Of a stretch of 64,000 bases of DNA, positions 10,181 through 21,688 are shown in pieces; within the stretch, counting starts at the first letter, position 1, and each line of letters begins with the position of its first letter. The position numbers and the translations under genes were made by a program. Source of the stretch: Candidatus Methanomethylicia archaeon (lineage in GTDB: Archaea; Thermoproteota; Methanomethylicia; CALHIW01). The notes beneath the pieces were generated by a model. The model was not told where the DNA came from, did not search any database, and saw nothing but the letters and a program-made list of their open reading frames with translations. Where the stretch lies: assembly GCA_038845975.1 (NCBI GenBank), contig JAWBQF010000002.1, forward strand, positions 32,001 to 96,000, written 5' to 3'.

Positions 10181-11150
10181 TTAAAGCAGTTCAACCTCAA
10201 AGTCAATATTAAGTCTTCTAGCTTTCTCATAGACTAAAACTGCAGTAACTAGATCTTGAATTGCTAGGCCTGTAGAGTTGAAAACAGTTATTTCATCATT
10301 ACTAATTCTTCCATTTTTCTCCCTCCCAGCTATTATTTCTCCTAATTCAGCATAAATATTAGCTCTTGTAATTAATCCTTTAGATGATGAGACATTAACC
10401 TCATCTGAATGGCAGGCTTGCTCAAAATCATCAACAGCTATTTTTGCCATTTTAAAATTAATGGATCTAACTCTTCTTTTAACGATGCTCCTATCGCATT
10501 AATACGTATACCATCACTAACCCATTCATTTTTAACTATAGGTTGAGTTACAAGTGTAGTTGTAACAAGAATATCACAACCTACCACAACATCTCTAACC
10601 TCTTCCCTGACTAAAATGCTTAGGTTAAGGTAATTCCTTCCCTAAACTTTTCACACTCCTTTAGTGTTTTGCACAAACTCTAATCTCCTATATACTGAAT
10701 ACTTCATTTAAAGCTAGAAGCTGGGTTCTTGCTTGGGATCCAGCACCAATAATACCAATTATTTTAGAATTTATTCTTGCAAGATATTTTGCAGTAATTC
10801 CTCCAGCAGCATCTGTACGTATACTGGTAATCTATGTTCCATCCATTATTGCTAAAGGCTTACCAGTTTCAGGATCGATTAGTATTATTATCTCCATAAC
10901 AGTCGGTAATCCATGTTTTCAGGATTTCGAGGATGAACATTAACGATTTTTACACATCCAAATCCAAGATCAGATATGTAGTAGGGCATTGCTCTAAAAT
11001 CATCTTCTGGAAAAGTTACATAGAGTTTCGGAGGCGTTTGAACTCTTCCAAGACCCTTAGCTTTAAAGCAAATTCAACAGCATTCATTACTTCCTTCATT
11101 GAGGTAAATCCTTCAACATCTCTTCTGGGAATTAATAAAACCTTTACTTT
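10181..11150 (-). pseudogene. Alanine dehydrogenase / OCD-family pseudogene
   Basis: Fragments in several frames: [49 protein letters not shown]; stops and frameshifts; start approximate. Confidence 0.85.
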
Positions 11151-11303
11151 AACTACTGAACAACTATCTACTTTAAGTTATTAATATTACGCTGATAGAA
11201 TAATCTATATGGATCTTTAGATATGAAAAACACATGTAGTTGATGGTTAAGTATGGTTAAATGTTTAAGTATATGAAAGCTTAAACCTCTATTGGGAATC
11301 ATT

Positions 11304-12761
11304 CTACTGTAATTGTAGCCTTTTCCTCCTTTCTTCCTCTATTAGCTTCCTAATTTCGTTCTCTACGCCTTTATCTAGAGGTTCAGGCTGATGCTCCTTT
11401 AGTATTTTATTCACAGTTTCCCTTGCTTTCTCTCTTAAGCTTTTCTTTTCGTTAAGCCATCTACTTGTTGGTTTTCTATCTACAATCTTAGGCGGTCTAT
11501 ACTTACTGAGGTTTTTCAAGGTATGTTTACTTTTTAAGTAATGCCCTTCAGGTCCAGTTTCTTTAATTGCTTCAAACGCTAGCTCCTCCTCATTTACATC
11601 TATAGCTTTCAGGAATCTATCTACATAGGATACTATTTCACTATCTATAATTGCCTTTTCAAGGCTTACTATATCTACTCCAGGGCCCATCATTCCTCCC
11701 CCGGCATTCATTATTAGGTTACAGCCTGCAAGAGCAGTAGTAAGAAGAGACATACCTGCTTCAAATCCTGCCTGCATATCAACATCCTTAGATTCAGTTA
11801 CTCCAGCAGTACCTCTAGATGGAAATCCGTAAAATCTAGCTATTTGAATAGATGCAGCATTAAGAAGCATACCCTCAGGACAGCTGTAAACCATGGTTCC
11901 ATATCTCTGATCAAAGATTGCTGGTGCAGTACCATAAATAACTGGTGGTCTCCTACCCTTCTCAGATGCTGAATATGCAATAACAAAACTGCTTAGGATT
12001 TCTGCGTTTTGCTGTGCTAGAAATCCTGCTAGAGTTATTGGAGCTGTTGATCCGGACTGGGGGGCAGAGGCAATAAGTATTGGAAGACCAAGCTTTGCAA
12101 ATGCTAGAACTTGATGAAGTTGACTCTTAATATGACTTAATGGGCTTAACGGATTCTCCCATGCAATAACTATTGGCTTCTTCCTCAATTCATTAATTCC
12201 ACCAGTAAGAATTGAAGCTATCTTAACTATAACGTTTACATCCTCTTCACTAAGCATTGAGGTTGGCGCAATAGGTTTTACTGTATTTTTAAGCTTTACA
12301 AAATAGGTTTCTAGAAGCTGCATACTTGCAGGCACATCTACTGGAAAGCCTGGTCCAGCTATGAAATCTATAGAATCTAATGCATCGTAAAGCCTTACGA
12401 GAACCTCAATATCCTTCAGAGTTAAACCTCTTATATCCCCATTTAAATCCATTATCTTCAATGGTGCACCACCATCCAAATAGTTAACTACACCATCTTC
12501 AACAGCTATGCTTAACCCTCTACCATAATATGTAAATCTTGATGGAAGATTTCTTAAGGCCTCTTTTAGTAAATCTTCAGGAATTCTTACAGTCATCGAT
12601 GAATAATCTACTTCAGCTCCAATTTCATCAAGTTTTTTTAAAGCCTCTTCATGATTAACCTTAACCCCTATTTCTTCAAGTATCTTAAGTGTTACTACAT
12701 GAATCCTATAGATTTGATCTCTAGATAATACCTCAAGACACTTACTAATTCTACTAGGCAT
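11304..12761 (-). CDS. MttB-superfamily methyltransferase without pyrrolysine
   Basis: GSTAPITLAG..NAE, YGFP..GVTESK..DMQAG. Confidence 0.92.
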   Translation of the reverse strand: MPSRISKCLEVLSRDQIYRIHVVTLKILEEIGVKVNHEEALKKLDEIGAEVDYSSMTVRIPEDLLKEALRNLPSRFTYYGRGLSIAVEDGVVNYLDGGAPLKIMDLNGDIRGLTLKDIEVLVRLYDALDSIDFIAGPGFPVDVPASMQLLETYFVKLKNTVKPIAPTSMLSEEDVNVIVKIASILTGGINELRKKPIVIAWENPLSPLSHIKSQLHQVLAFAKLGLPILIASAPQSGSTAPITLAGFLAQQNAEILSSFVIAYSASEKGRRPPVIYGTAPAIFDQRYGTMVYSCPEGMLLNAASIQIARFYGFPSRGTAGVTESKDVDMQAGFEAGMSLLTTALAGCNLIMNAGGGMMGPGVDIVSLEKAIIDSEIVSYVDRFLKAIDVNEEELAFEAIKETGPEGHYLKSKHTLKNLSKYRPPKIVDRKPTSRWLNEKKSLREKARETVNKILKEHQPEPLDKGVENEIRKLIEEERRKRLQLQ

Positions 12762-13639
12762 ATAGCCACCAAGAGCTAAACAATGCCATTCTATATTAAC
12801 TTTTATGCTATACAGGTGTTAACTTTAACTTTATTTTGGAAGATTCTCCCTTATTTACGGTGAACTTATGGCTAAAGTTATTAGGTTTGTAGGAGATAAC
12901 TTGATTTACTTTAGCTTTATGGTGCTTATATATTTCTTTATCCAAGATGGTTTCGGATATTCTAAGCTTTATTATTATAGGAGTTATATATCTACATTAT
13001 GATTTATCTTAAGTTATTTGAGTTTGATAGGAGATGTTAAGATTGATGATTAATGATGCTATTATTGTAGATTCTATGAAGGAAATTGTTTATGTTGCTG
13101 AGCCATTATTGGAAGGATTTTATACATATGATTATGACGTTGTAAATATACTTAATCATTAACTTAAAGGATTAGAGTTATCTATGTTCTAATATAATTG
13201 TATTAGGTGATGAAGTTCATTATTATAAAGCACCATGTAAATACGAATTTAAACATTATATAGTTCAAGGTTAGAATTAATGGAGATAATAATACAATTA
13301 AGGATGGAACTAAGTTATTCAATAATTACATACCATGTATGAAGAATAAATTTAATAATGAATATGTATCCATCTTATGAAATCAATAGTATAACTAAAC
13401 GCGGATTACAATAAGATAAAGCTAAGAATTCATGGAAGATACAATACCAAAATAGAAATGAGAAACATGCTTAAATCAACAAAGCCACTAACAGCTACAA
13501 AATCTTATTAAAGAGCATATTATTTAATAGAGGGATGATGTAGTACTTGCTATGTTGTAGATTCATTCGTGGAAATAAATCTACGTTAAAGTAATTATTG
13601 TTTCTATATAAGATTTATTAGGTAGCCTATAATAGTAGA

Positions 13640-15076
13640 GTGGCGAGTTTGATGAGTCCTCCTTATGAAATATTTACAAATAGCCAACTATACAAACTAC
13701 ATTTAGCCTCTATAGAGATTTTAGAGAGAATTGGAGTTCAAATACCGTCTGAAGAAGCATTAAAATTGTGTGTAGATGCTGGAGCTGAAGTTGATTTTAA
13801 AAATAAGATTGTCAAGATACCTCAATATATAGTTGAAGAATGCATAAGGAAGACCCCACATAAAGTTACACTGTATAGTAGGGATTTAAAGCTGAAACTA
13901 GTCTTAGAAGAGGGAAATGTATACTTTGGAACTGTTGGGTTTGCTACAAGAATAATTGATATTAACACAGGACAGTACCGCTCACTTAATAGAGAGGATT
14001 TAGCTAAGCTGACAAGAGTTGCTGATGCATTGGAAAATATAGATTTCCAGCTTGTAATGGGTCAACCTATAGATGTACCGCTAGAAATAGCTGAACTATA
14101 TCAGTGGCTTATAGCCTTTGAAAACACTCGTAAACATATCGTATGTCAGGCACTTAACAAGAGAAATGCTGAAATAGCTGTAGAAATGGGGTCAATAATA
14201 ACTGGAGGTAGGGAGGAATTAAGAAGAAATCCAATTATGACTTTTATAATCTGTCTAAATAGTCCACTCATATTTGGGGATGGATTAACTGAAGCCTTAA
14301 TTGTAGCTTCCAGATATGGGGTACCTGTATGGGTTGAATCCGGACCATTAGCTGGAGCAAACTCACCAGTAACTCTAGCTGGAACAGTAGCTCTTAACAA
14401 TGCTGAAGTTCTTGCTGGGTTAGTTATTTCTAAGCTGGTTAATTCACAATCTCCATTCATATATGGAAGCTGGAGTAGATCAATAGACATGAGAACTGGA
14501 GGTGTTGTACTCGGAGGACCTGAATTTGCTTTAATGCGTATCTGTACAGCACAGCTAGCAAGATACTATCAAATCCCATCAGGTGGTGGAGGAATACTTT
14601 GTGACTCAAAAACCAGTGATGCGCAGGCAGGATATGAGAAAATGCTAACAGCAATTCTTCCAGCTATAGCTAGGCTAAACTTAGTATGCGGAATGGGGCT
14701 AGTCGGATCAGAGAATATTGCAAGCTTTGAACAGTTAGTTATAGATAATGAAGTTGCAGGAATGGTTAAAAGAGTATTAAACGGTATTAAGCTTGATGAT
14801 GATACGTTAGCTATAGATATAATTAAGGAGGTAGGTCATGAGGGAAGCTTCCTATCCAAGAAGCATACCTTAAAATTTGCTAAAATAGAACACTATATCC
14901 CTAAGATCTCAGATAGAAGTAGTCCAGATACTTGGATTCGAGCAGGTATGAAAAATACATCTCAAAGAGCAAGAGAACAAGCCTTAAAAATACTAAGTGA
15001 ATACAGTCCAATAAGCCTTCCAAAAGAAGTCTCAGAAAAGCTCCAAAGCTTAATATTAAAGCTAAAAACCAAATAA
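13640..15076 (+). CDS. MttB-superfamily methyltransferase without pyrrolysine
   Basis: GANSPVTLAG..NAE, DMRTG..GGPE, ILCDSK..DAQAG. Confidence 0.93.
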   Translation: MASLMSPPYEIFTNSQLYKLHLASIEILERIGVQIPSEEALKLCVDAGAEVDFKNKIVKIPQYIVEECIRKTPHKVTLYSRDLKLKLVLEEGNVYFGTVGFATRIIDINTGQYRSLNREDLAKLTRVADALENIDFQLVMGQPIDVPLEIAELYQWLIAFENTRKHIVCQALNKRNAEIAVEMGSIITGGREELRRNPIMTFIICLNSPLIFGDGLTEALIVASRYGVPVWVESGPLAGANSPVTLAGTVALNNAEVLAGLVISKLVNSQSPFIYGSWSRSIDMRTGGVVLGGPEFALMRICTAQLARYYQIPSGGGGILCDSKTSDAQAGYEKMLTAILPAIARLNLVCGMGLVGSENIASFEQLVIDNEVAGMVKRVLNGIKLDDDTLAIDIIKEVGHEGSFLSKKHTLKFAKIEHYIPKISDRSSPDTWIRAGMKNTSQRAREQALKILSEYSPISLPKEVSEKLQSLILKLKTK

Positions 15077-15154
15077 TTTTTACTACATCTTATCTTGTTA
15101 ATTTTATACATAAAACGTAGTTAATGATTTAAGTTATGGTAGGCTTAAATATAT

Positions 15155-16120
15155 TTAAACAGATTGTTTAGCAATTAGTATTCTTACGAGACCCCATAAT
15201 CCATTTCTAAGAAATTTTAGAAATATAAGAATTACAATTACAAGTATTAACTGTTGATTTGCACCTCCAAAAACTCTAATAACCTCTATTAATGGATAGA
15301 TTATAAAGGTACCTATAATAGGGCCGAAAAACGTGCCTAATCCACCCACAATTGTTGCAGCCATCACTGTAACCATCATAGTTGCAAAATCAGCAATTGC
15401 TGGGCTAACATAGCCCAGTAGATGTGAGTAGAAGGCTCCTGCTAATCCTATCCAGAAGCTACTAATTGTAAATAGTGATATTTTTAACCATGTAACATTT
15501 ACTCCAAGTGAAGCAAGCGCTATCTCATCATTACCCATAGCAGTAAGTAGAAGACCATATCTTGAATTAATAAGCTTGAAAGTTGATAATATACATATAA
15601 TTAGAATCAGTAGGCTTACATAGTAATAGTAGATTGGAGATGTAAATGATGATACTGGAAGAAGGAAAGATGTTGGAAAGCCTTTAAGTCCGCCTGTTAT
15701 ATAATATTCAGCAATCAATATTCTCTGAACAATTCCTGAGAAACCCCATGTTGCAAGAGCTAGATATATACCTTTAAGTCTTAGACAAATCCATCCTAGA
15801 ATAAAACCCATAGCAGCCGCATTAGCTGAACCGAAGAACATACCAATTAATGGTGGAAGTTGAGCCCAATTAACAAGCATTACTGAACTATAAGCACCAA
15901 CAGCAAGCAAACCTGTATGAGCAAAGGATAATAGGTTACCGTATCCAAGCAGTATATCCCAGTTAATTACAAGTACTGCGAAAAAGTTACACATAATTGC
16001 AACCCATATAAAGTATGGTCGGTCAACTAGTAGAAGTGGGTATAGAGTTAACATTATGAAGAATACTAGTATAACTTGATTTCTCCGATTTTTTACTATC
16101 TCCATTAATGAGGATTGCAT
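15155..16120 (-). CDS. livM: Liv-type ABC transporter permease (LivM-like)
   Basis: LSFAH, LRLKGIYLALAT, GGLGTFFGP; likely start 16120. Confidence 0.88.
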   Translation of the reverse strand: MQSSLMEIVKNRRNQVILVFFIMLTLYPLLLVDRPYFIWVAIMCNFFAVLVINWDILLGYGNLLSFAHTGLLAVGAYSSVMLVNWAQLPPLIGMFFGSANAAAMGFILGWICLRLKGIYLALATWGFSGIVQRILIAEYYITGGLKGFPTSFLLPVSSFTSPIYYYYVSLLILIICILSTFKLINSRYGLLLTAMGNDEIALASLGVNVTWLKISLFTISSFWIGLAGAFYSHLLGYVSPAIADFATMMVTVMAATIVGGLGTFFGPIIGTFIIYPLIEVIRVFGGANQQLILVIVILIFLKFLRNGLWGLVRILIAKQSV

Positions 16121-16121
16121 A

Positions 16122-16826
16122 CTACATTCCCAAATATTTCTCCTTAACACTTTTACTGTTAAGCAATTCATCACCAGTTCCCGTTAAAACTATTCTTCCA
16201 GTTTCAATTACATATGCTCTACTACTCATCTTCAATGCATGATGAATATGCTGCTCAGTTAGGAGAATTGTAACTCCCTCCTCATTTATTTTTCTTAACA
16301 CATCAAAAATCTGGATTACAATTTTAGGTGCAAGCCCTATAGATGGTTCATCAAGCATTAAAAGCTCAGGTCTTGACATTAATGCCCTACCTATGTTTAA
16401 CATTTGCTGCTCACCACCACTAAGAGTACCTGCCTTCTGGCTTCTTCTCTCCTTTAATCTCGGAAATAATTGATAAACCCACTCTAAACTATCCCTCCTC
16501 CTATTCCATGCTCTACGTATCTGAGCACCTACAAGTAGACATTCCTCAACTGTCATATATGGAAATATAGCTCTAGACTCAGGCACTAAAGCTAAACCTA
16601 AATCTACAATTTTAGCTGGTGGAAGCTTACTAATTTTAACATCTTTAAAGATAATATCTCCCCTAAATGGATGAAGTAGACCAATTATAGTATTTAGAGT
16701 TGTTGTCTTACCAGCTCCATTAGAGCCTATAAGTGACACAAACTCACCCTTACTAACTGTTAGTGAGAGACTACATAGAGCTCTGAAACCACCATAGTAA
16801 ACATCAATATCATTTACATTAAGCAT
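16122..16826 (-). CDS. livF: ABC ATP-binding protein (LivF-like)
   Basis: GSNGAGKTT, LSGGEQQ, LDEPS; start after GGTGGT. Confidence 0.92.
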   Translation of the reverse strand: MLNVNDIDVYYGGFRALCSLSLTVSKGEFVSLIGSNGAGKTTTLNTIIGLLHPFRGDIIFKDVKISKLPPAKIVDLGLALVPESRAIFPYMTVEECLLVGAQIRRAWNRRRDSLEWVYQLFPRLKERRSQKAGTLSGGEQQMLNIGRALMSRPELLMLDEPSIGLAPKIVIQIFDVLRKINEEGVTILLTEQHIHHALKMSSRAYVIETGRIVLTGTGDELLNSKSVKEKYLGM

Positions 16827-16836
16827 AGAAAACCAC

Positions 16837-17538
16837 CTATAAAATGTATTTTTCACCTAAATATGCCTTAATAACTTTTTCATCATTGGCAACTTCAATA
16901 GGCTTACCTTCAGCTATCTTTAGGCCTTCATGTAGAACATAGATGTAGTCAGCTGCCTTCATTATCGCTCTCATTACATGTTCAACCCATAGAATCGTTA
17001 AACCCTTCCCTCTTAGCTCCTTAATAACTTGTATAGTATTCTCTATTTCAACAGGATTTAAACCGGCCATAACTTCATCCAGCATAAGAATCTTAGGATT
17101 AGTAGCTAAAGCTCTAGCTAATTCAAGCATTCTCATTTGATGAGCTGTAAGATCTCTAGCTAAAACATCTCTCTTATCAAATAAACCCGTAACTCTTAAG
17201 CATTCAATAGCATAGGATTTATCTACTGTAGCTACCATAACGTTTTGAAGAACTGTAAGGCTAGGAAATGGGCGTGGTATTTGAAACGTTCTAGCAATAC
17301 CTAATTTACAGATTTGATAGTTTTTCAAGCCAGTAATATCCCTGCCATCGAAAAATATTCTTCCAGATGTAGGAGAATAAAAGCCAGCTATACAGTTTAT
17401 TAATGTAGTTTTACCTGATCCATTAGGTCCTATTAAGCCTACAATAAGTCCTTCATCAATATCTAAATCAACACCCTTTAAGGCCTCAAGACCTCCGAAA
17501 CGCTTCACAATCTTTTCACATCTCAGGAGAAGAGGCAA
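16837..17538 (-). CDS. livG: ABC ATP-binding protein (LivG-like)
   Basis: GPNGSGKTT, ARTFQ, LDEVMAG, VEH, AYLG. Confidence 0.92.
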   Translation of the reverse strand: MPLLLRCEKIVKRFGGLEALKGVDLDIDEGLIVGLIGPNGSGKTTLINCIAGFYSPTSGRIFFDGRDITGLKNYQICKLGIARTFQIPRPFPSLTVLQNVMVATVDKSYAIECLRVTGLFDKRDVLARDLTAHQMRMLELARALATNPKILMLDEVMAGLNPVEIENTIQVIKELRGKGLTILWVEHVMRAIMKAADYIYVLHEGLKIAEGKPIEVANDEKVIKAYLGEKYIL

Positions 17539-17547
17539 TTAAACCAC

Positions 17548-18426
17548 CTAAACCTTCTCACCAAATAAACCGGTAGGTCTAACTATAAGTGTGAAGAGAA
17601 GAATAAGATACATAGCTACATCAGCATATGACGGGGAAAAATAAGATGATATTAAGCTATGAGCTAAACCAACTATTAACGCACCTATAAATGCACCCTT
17701 TATAGATCCTAATCCACCTAACGTTATTATAACAAAGCTAAGTACGAGAGGAATAAAACCTACATTTGGCCAGATACCATAAACTGTTGAAAGTAAACCT
17801 CCTGAAAGACCTGCTAAAGCAGCTCCGGAACCATAAGCAAGTAAACGAGCTTTAGCATCATCAACTCCACTTATTACAGCACCACTAATATTCTGTGACA
17901 CAGCTCTCCAAGCCCTACCAGTTCTTGTCTTTGTTATAAAGTAGTGTAGACCAGCAAGGCTTATAACGGTAATCATCATGATCACCACTCTATTTAGGCT
18001 AAGTGTAAACGTCAGAAGCTGTATATTTCCAGTAATGAATGATGGTGCAGAATGATGGAAGGGACCAACAATCTCCTTAGCTAGGTTCTGTAAAAGAATA
18101 GATAGGGATAAAGTAGCTAGCATGGCATATTCAAATGGTCTCTCAATAGCTTTTGTGAATGAATCTTCAATAAATACCTTCTCAATAGCAACTCCAACCA
18201 AGAAACCAGCAATAATAGAGAAGGGTAAAGCAAGAAATGAATGTATATTTAGAAAACTGGATACGAGATAAATAGCATATCCACCAATCATGTAGAATTC
18301 TCCATGAGTAAAATTTGAAAGTTTCATAATGCTGAAAATAAGAGTTAAACCAATACTAATTAGGGCATAAATTAATCCTAAAACTAGACCATTTAAAATA
18401 GATTCTAAAAAAAGGGTTGGAATCAT
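17548..18426 (-). CDS. livH: ABC permease (LivH-like)
   Basis: NFTHGEF, GGLGSIKGA, RPTGLFG; likely start MIPT. Confidence 0.9.
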   Translation of the reverse strand: MIPTLFLESILNGLVLGLIYALISIGLTLIFSIMKLSNFTHGEFYMIGGYAIYLVSSFLNIHSFLALPFSIIAGFLVGVAIEKVFIEDSFTKAIERPFEYAMLATLSLSILLQNLAKEIVGPFHHSAPSFITGNIQLLTFTLSLNRVVIMMITVISLAGLHYFITKTRTGRAWRAVSQNISGAVISGVDDAKARLLAYGSGAALAGLSGGLLSTVYGIWPNVGFIPLVLSFVIITLGGLGSIKGAFIGALIVGLAHSLISSYFSPSYADVAMYLILLFTLIVRPTGLFGEKV

Positions 18427-18442
18427 TTTAGACTCCTCTGAA

Positions 18443-19687
18443 CTAGCCTGGTGATGGATAGATCTGTTTTGCCTTATAAGGTTCCTGGCCAACTTCTGTA
18501 AATTCAAAGACATATTGTATCATTCCTATCCATTGATGCCAGAGAGGTTGTTTAGGTGTTGGATCGTTAATGAATTTAACTTTTCCTGTTGTTCCTTCTA
18601 TTTCTATGTTTTCAATGTATTTAGCTAGAGTATCTGGATTTGTGGAGCCTGTTGCCTCAATAGCTTTACATAGAATTGTTAAACTATCCCAGTACCAGAA
18701 TAATGCGATAAATGGGTCTTTACCATACTTTTCCTTATATAATTTTAGAAAGTTTTCACCTATCTTTGTTAGCTTCATATGTGGCGAATAATATGATGGA
18801 AACATAACACCTACCCCTCCCTTACCCATAGCCTCCCAGAACGTTTTAGGATCATATGTAGGCCAATCGAAACCACAGAACATTTTAACTCCCATCTCAG
18901 GGAATCCAAGCTCAACATACTGCTTTGCTATAACATATACATGTGGAACATTAACCATAGGTATAAATACTTCAGGCTTAGGACTCATAGCCTTTATCTT
19001 ACTTAACTCTGGAGTATAGTCGGCTTTACCTAGTGCACATGTAGTAAACGTTACTTCTACATCTGGATATACGTCTTTCTTCCAGTATAGTATTGCATCC
19101 TTATAATTGAATCCTACAGGGGACTCCTCAATAAGCATTGCTATACGTTTCCAACCCATAGCCTTAAAGAATTCTAATGCATGTCTTGCAGTTAGCGAGC
19201 TGAAAACACCATTTCTAAATACATATTTATAGTGGTTTGCCGTTATTTCATCAGTCCAACTAAATGTACAGAACATTATTGTTGGGAATTTTTCTGTTGC
19301 TTCAGCAACTGGGAGTGCAACTAGACTCTCCCATGGACCTATTAATCCAGCTATTTTATCTTGAGTAACCATTCTTTGAAGATGTGAAATAGCAACACCA
19401 GGATCTAGTGTTTGATCAGCAACAACAAGCTCCAACTCCCTACCAGCAACCCCACCCTGCTTATTCATCCACTCAACAAAAAGCTGAGCAGTATTAAGAA
19501 TTTCTTTCCCAGAAATGTAGTCTGCTGGTGGTGATAGTGGTGTTATTACACCAATCTTTATTTTCTCCCTAGGTTTAGGTATAAGCGTAAAGTAAGCAAT
19601 AACAGCAATAGCAGCAACCACAATTACAGCTACTATAACAATAGCAAGAGTCTTAGATATAGCAGTCTTTGATACTATGTTGTTCAT
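18443..19687 (-). CDS. Liv-type ABC substrate-binding protein, N-terminally membrane-anchored
   Basis: TM anchor, IKIGVITPLS, GGVAGRELELVVAD; heads the liv operon. Confidence 0.9.
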   Translation of the reverse strand: MNNIVSKTAISKTLAIVIVAVIVVAAIAVIAYFTLIPKPREKIKIGVITPLSPPADYISGKEILNTAQLFVEWMNKQGGVAGRELELVVADQTLDPGVAISHLQRMVTQDKIAGLIGPWESLVALPVAEATEKFPTIMFCTFSWTDEITANHYKYVFRNGVFSSLTARHALEFFKAMGWKRIAMLIEESPVGFNYKDAILYWKKDVYPDVEVTFTTCALGKADYTPELSKIKAMSPKPEVFIPMVNVPHVYVIAKQYVELGFPEMGVKMFCGFDWPTYDPKTFWEAMGKGGVGVMFPSYYSPHMKLTKIGENFLKLYKEKYGKDPFIALFWYWDSLTILCKAIEATGSTNPDTLAKYIENIEIEGTTGKVKFINDPTPKQPLWHQWIGMIQYVFEFTEVGQEPYKAKQIYPSPG

Positions 19688-19998
19688 ACCCGTCCCAGCT
19701 TCTCCTAAGGACTTGGATATTTAAATGTTTCTACTAAAAACTTGGTACCTGTAACTTTAGAAATTTATTACTCCCATCACTTTAATATATTTCCATAATT
19801 CTACAGCATTTATTATGATTACTTATATTTAAAAAGCTAATAAACCATTTCAACTTAAACATAATATACTTCAAACATTATTGATTCCACATAGCCCTAT
19901 ATTCATCACAATCTTACCAATACATTTAAAAAATATTTAAAGTTAACAGAGTGCAGGCTTCGCTGTAGCAAAGTTTAATAGTTAACTGGTTCCTATTA

Positions 19999-21012
19999 AT
20001 GGGATGTAGTGTGATTAAAAGGATTATTGTAACTATTGATAGTCATACAGAAGGTGAGCCTACCAGAATCATTATTGGTGGGTTACCTAATATACCTGGG
20101 AAGACAATGGTAGAGAAGAAAAATTATTTTGAGAAGAATCTTGATTTTATTCGTACAGCTCTTATGCTTGAGCCTAGAGGACATAGGGATATGTTTGGGG
20201 CAATAATTACACCTCCTGTAAGCGATGAGGCGGATTTTGGAGTTTTATGGATAGATTGTAGTGAAGTAGCTGATATGTGCGGTCATGGAAGTTTAGGTGT
20301 TACAGCTGTAGCTGTTGAAACCGGAATGGTTAAGGTAACTGAACCCATTACTACAGTTATCTTTGATACTCCTGCTGGGCTAGTAACTGGATATGCATAT
20401 ATAGAGAATAATACTATTAAGTCAGTCTCAGTTCAGGGTGTACCGTCATTCCTCTATAAGGAGGAAGTAATCAACATTGAAGAAGTGGGAAAAATACCTG
20501 TTGAAATAGCATTTGGTGGGAACTTTTTCGCTATTGTAAACGCTAAGGATTTAGGGGTTAGAGTTAGTAAAGATAACATTCCAAAGCTAGTAGAGTATGG
20601 ATTAGCAATTAAGAATAAAATTAATAAGGAAGTGGAGATTCAACATCCTACAATACCTCATATAAAGTACGTTATAGGTACTAGAATTGTTGATGAGCCA
20701 ACACATCCTCAAGCTCATGTAAAGAATGTTGTGATATTTGGGGATGGACAAGTGGACCGATCACCCTGTGGAACAGGTACATGTGCACATACAGCACTCC
20801 TTTATACAAAAGAAGAAATAAAACTTAATGAAGAAATAATACATGAAAGCATAATAGGCACATTGTTTAAGGCAAAAGCAGTAAAGGAAGTATCGGTAGA
20901 AAAATATAAGGCAATAATTCCTGAATTCTCAGGAAGAGTATATATAACTGGAATACATACATTCATAATAGACCCCAATGACCCGATGAAATATGGATTT
21001 AAAGTATACTAA
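19999..21012 (+). CDS. Proline racemase family protein (Cys/Cys)
   Basis: DSHTEGEPTR, EPRGHRDMFG, MCGH, DRSPCGTG. Confidence 0.93.
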   Translation: MGCSVIKRIIVTIDSHTEGEPTRIIIGGLPNIPGKTMVEKKNYFEKNLDFIRTALMLEPRGHRDMFGAIITPPVSDEADFGVLWIDCSEVADMCGHGSLGVTAVAVETGMVKVTEPITTVIFDTPAGLVTGYAYIENNTIKSVSVQGVPSFLYKEEVINIEEVGKIPVEIAFGGNFFAIVNAKDLGVRVSKDNIPKLVEYGLAIKNKINKEVEIQHPTIPHIKYVIGTRIVDEPTHPQAHVKNVVIFGDGQVDRSPCGTGTCAHTALLYTKEEIKLNEEIIHESIIGTLFKAKAVKEVSVEKYKAIIPEFSGRVYITGIHTFIIDPNDPMKYGFKVY

Positions 21013-21688
21013 AAACCATTAATATTTTTAACTTTAATATGAAGTTATTTGCATGTTTACTTGAGTCTATAGAGAACTTCAAATTTTATTAGTTGTATAG
21101 AGGTTATTTTAGGCTTGTTATACATTTAGCTGCTTGTTAACTTAAGCCATCAGCTACATATACTTCCACATTTAAATTTCATAGAGTCTATTTAACGATA
21201 AGTGCTAAAGACTTCAGATATAGCTATAAACTACATTTAGAACCATCTTTATGGATAATCTGTAAAGAAAGACTCTATGTGCTGATATATATTACCTTTA
21301 CATTCATACCCAACATACGGATTGGTGAGAATTAGATCTAAATAGCTCAATATTCATTATGATACATTAAACTTCTTTTTGAACCCTCTTCAGGACATCT
21401 TAATAGTATCATTCTCAATATCTCTTCCATCATCATAACCTACTTAGAGCTGTATCCTAATTAATGAAAATGTAAAATTACTATTAGAATTCTCTTATAT
21501 TTCCAAACATTCTTTGTCTTTCTTATGAATGTATGGGAATGTTCTCCTATAACTTAAATGAAGAACCCTAAGTTTCATGAAGTAATTTAACAAGGAAATA
21601 TTATTGAAGACTTATACTAACAGCAATAATTACCTTCTAGATAAAGCAAAACATGTTATGAAGTTTGTATTTTATGTTTAAACTATGC

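Noticed and set aside
12860-13500. Possible decayed gene or C/D-box RNA (also 29517-29580 and 60350-60590)
   Set aside because: Fragments look coding-like but match no family I recognise, and the TGATGA boxes lack a properly placed CTGA.
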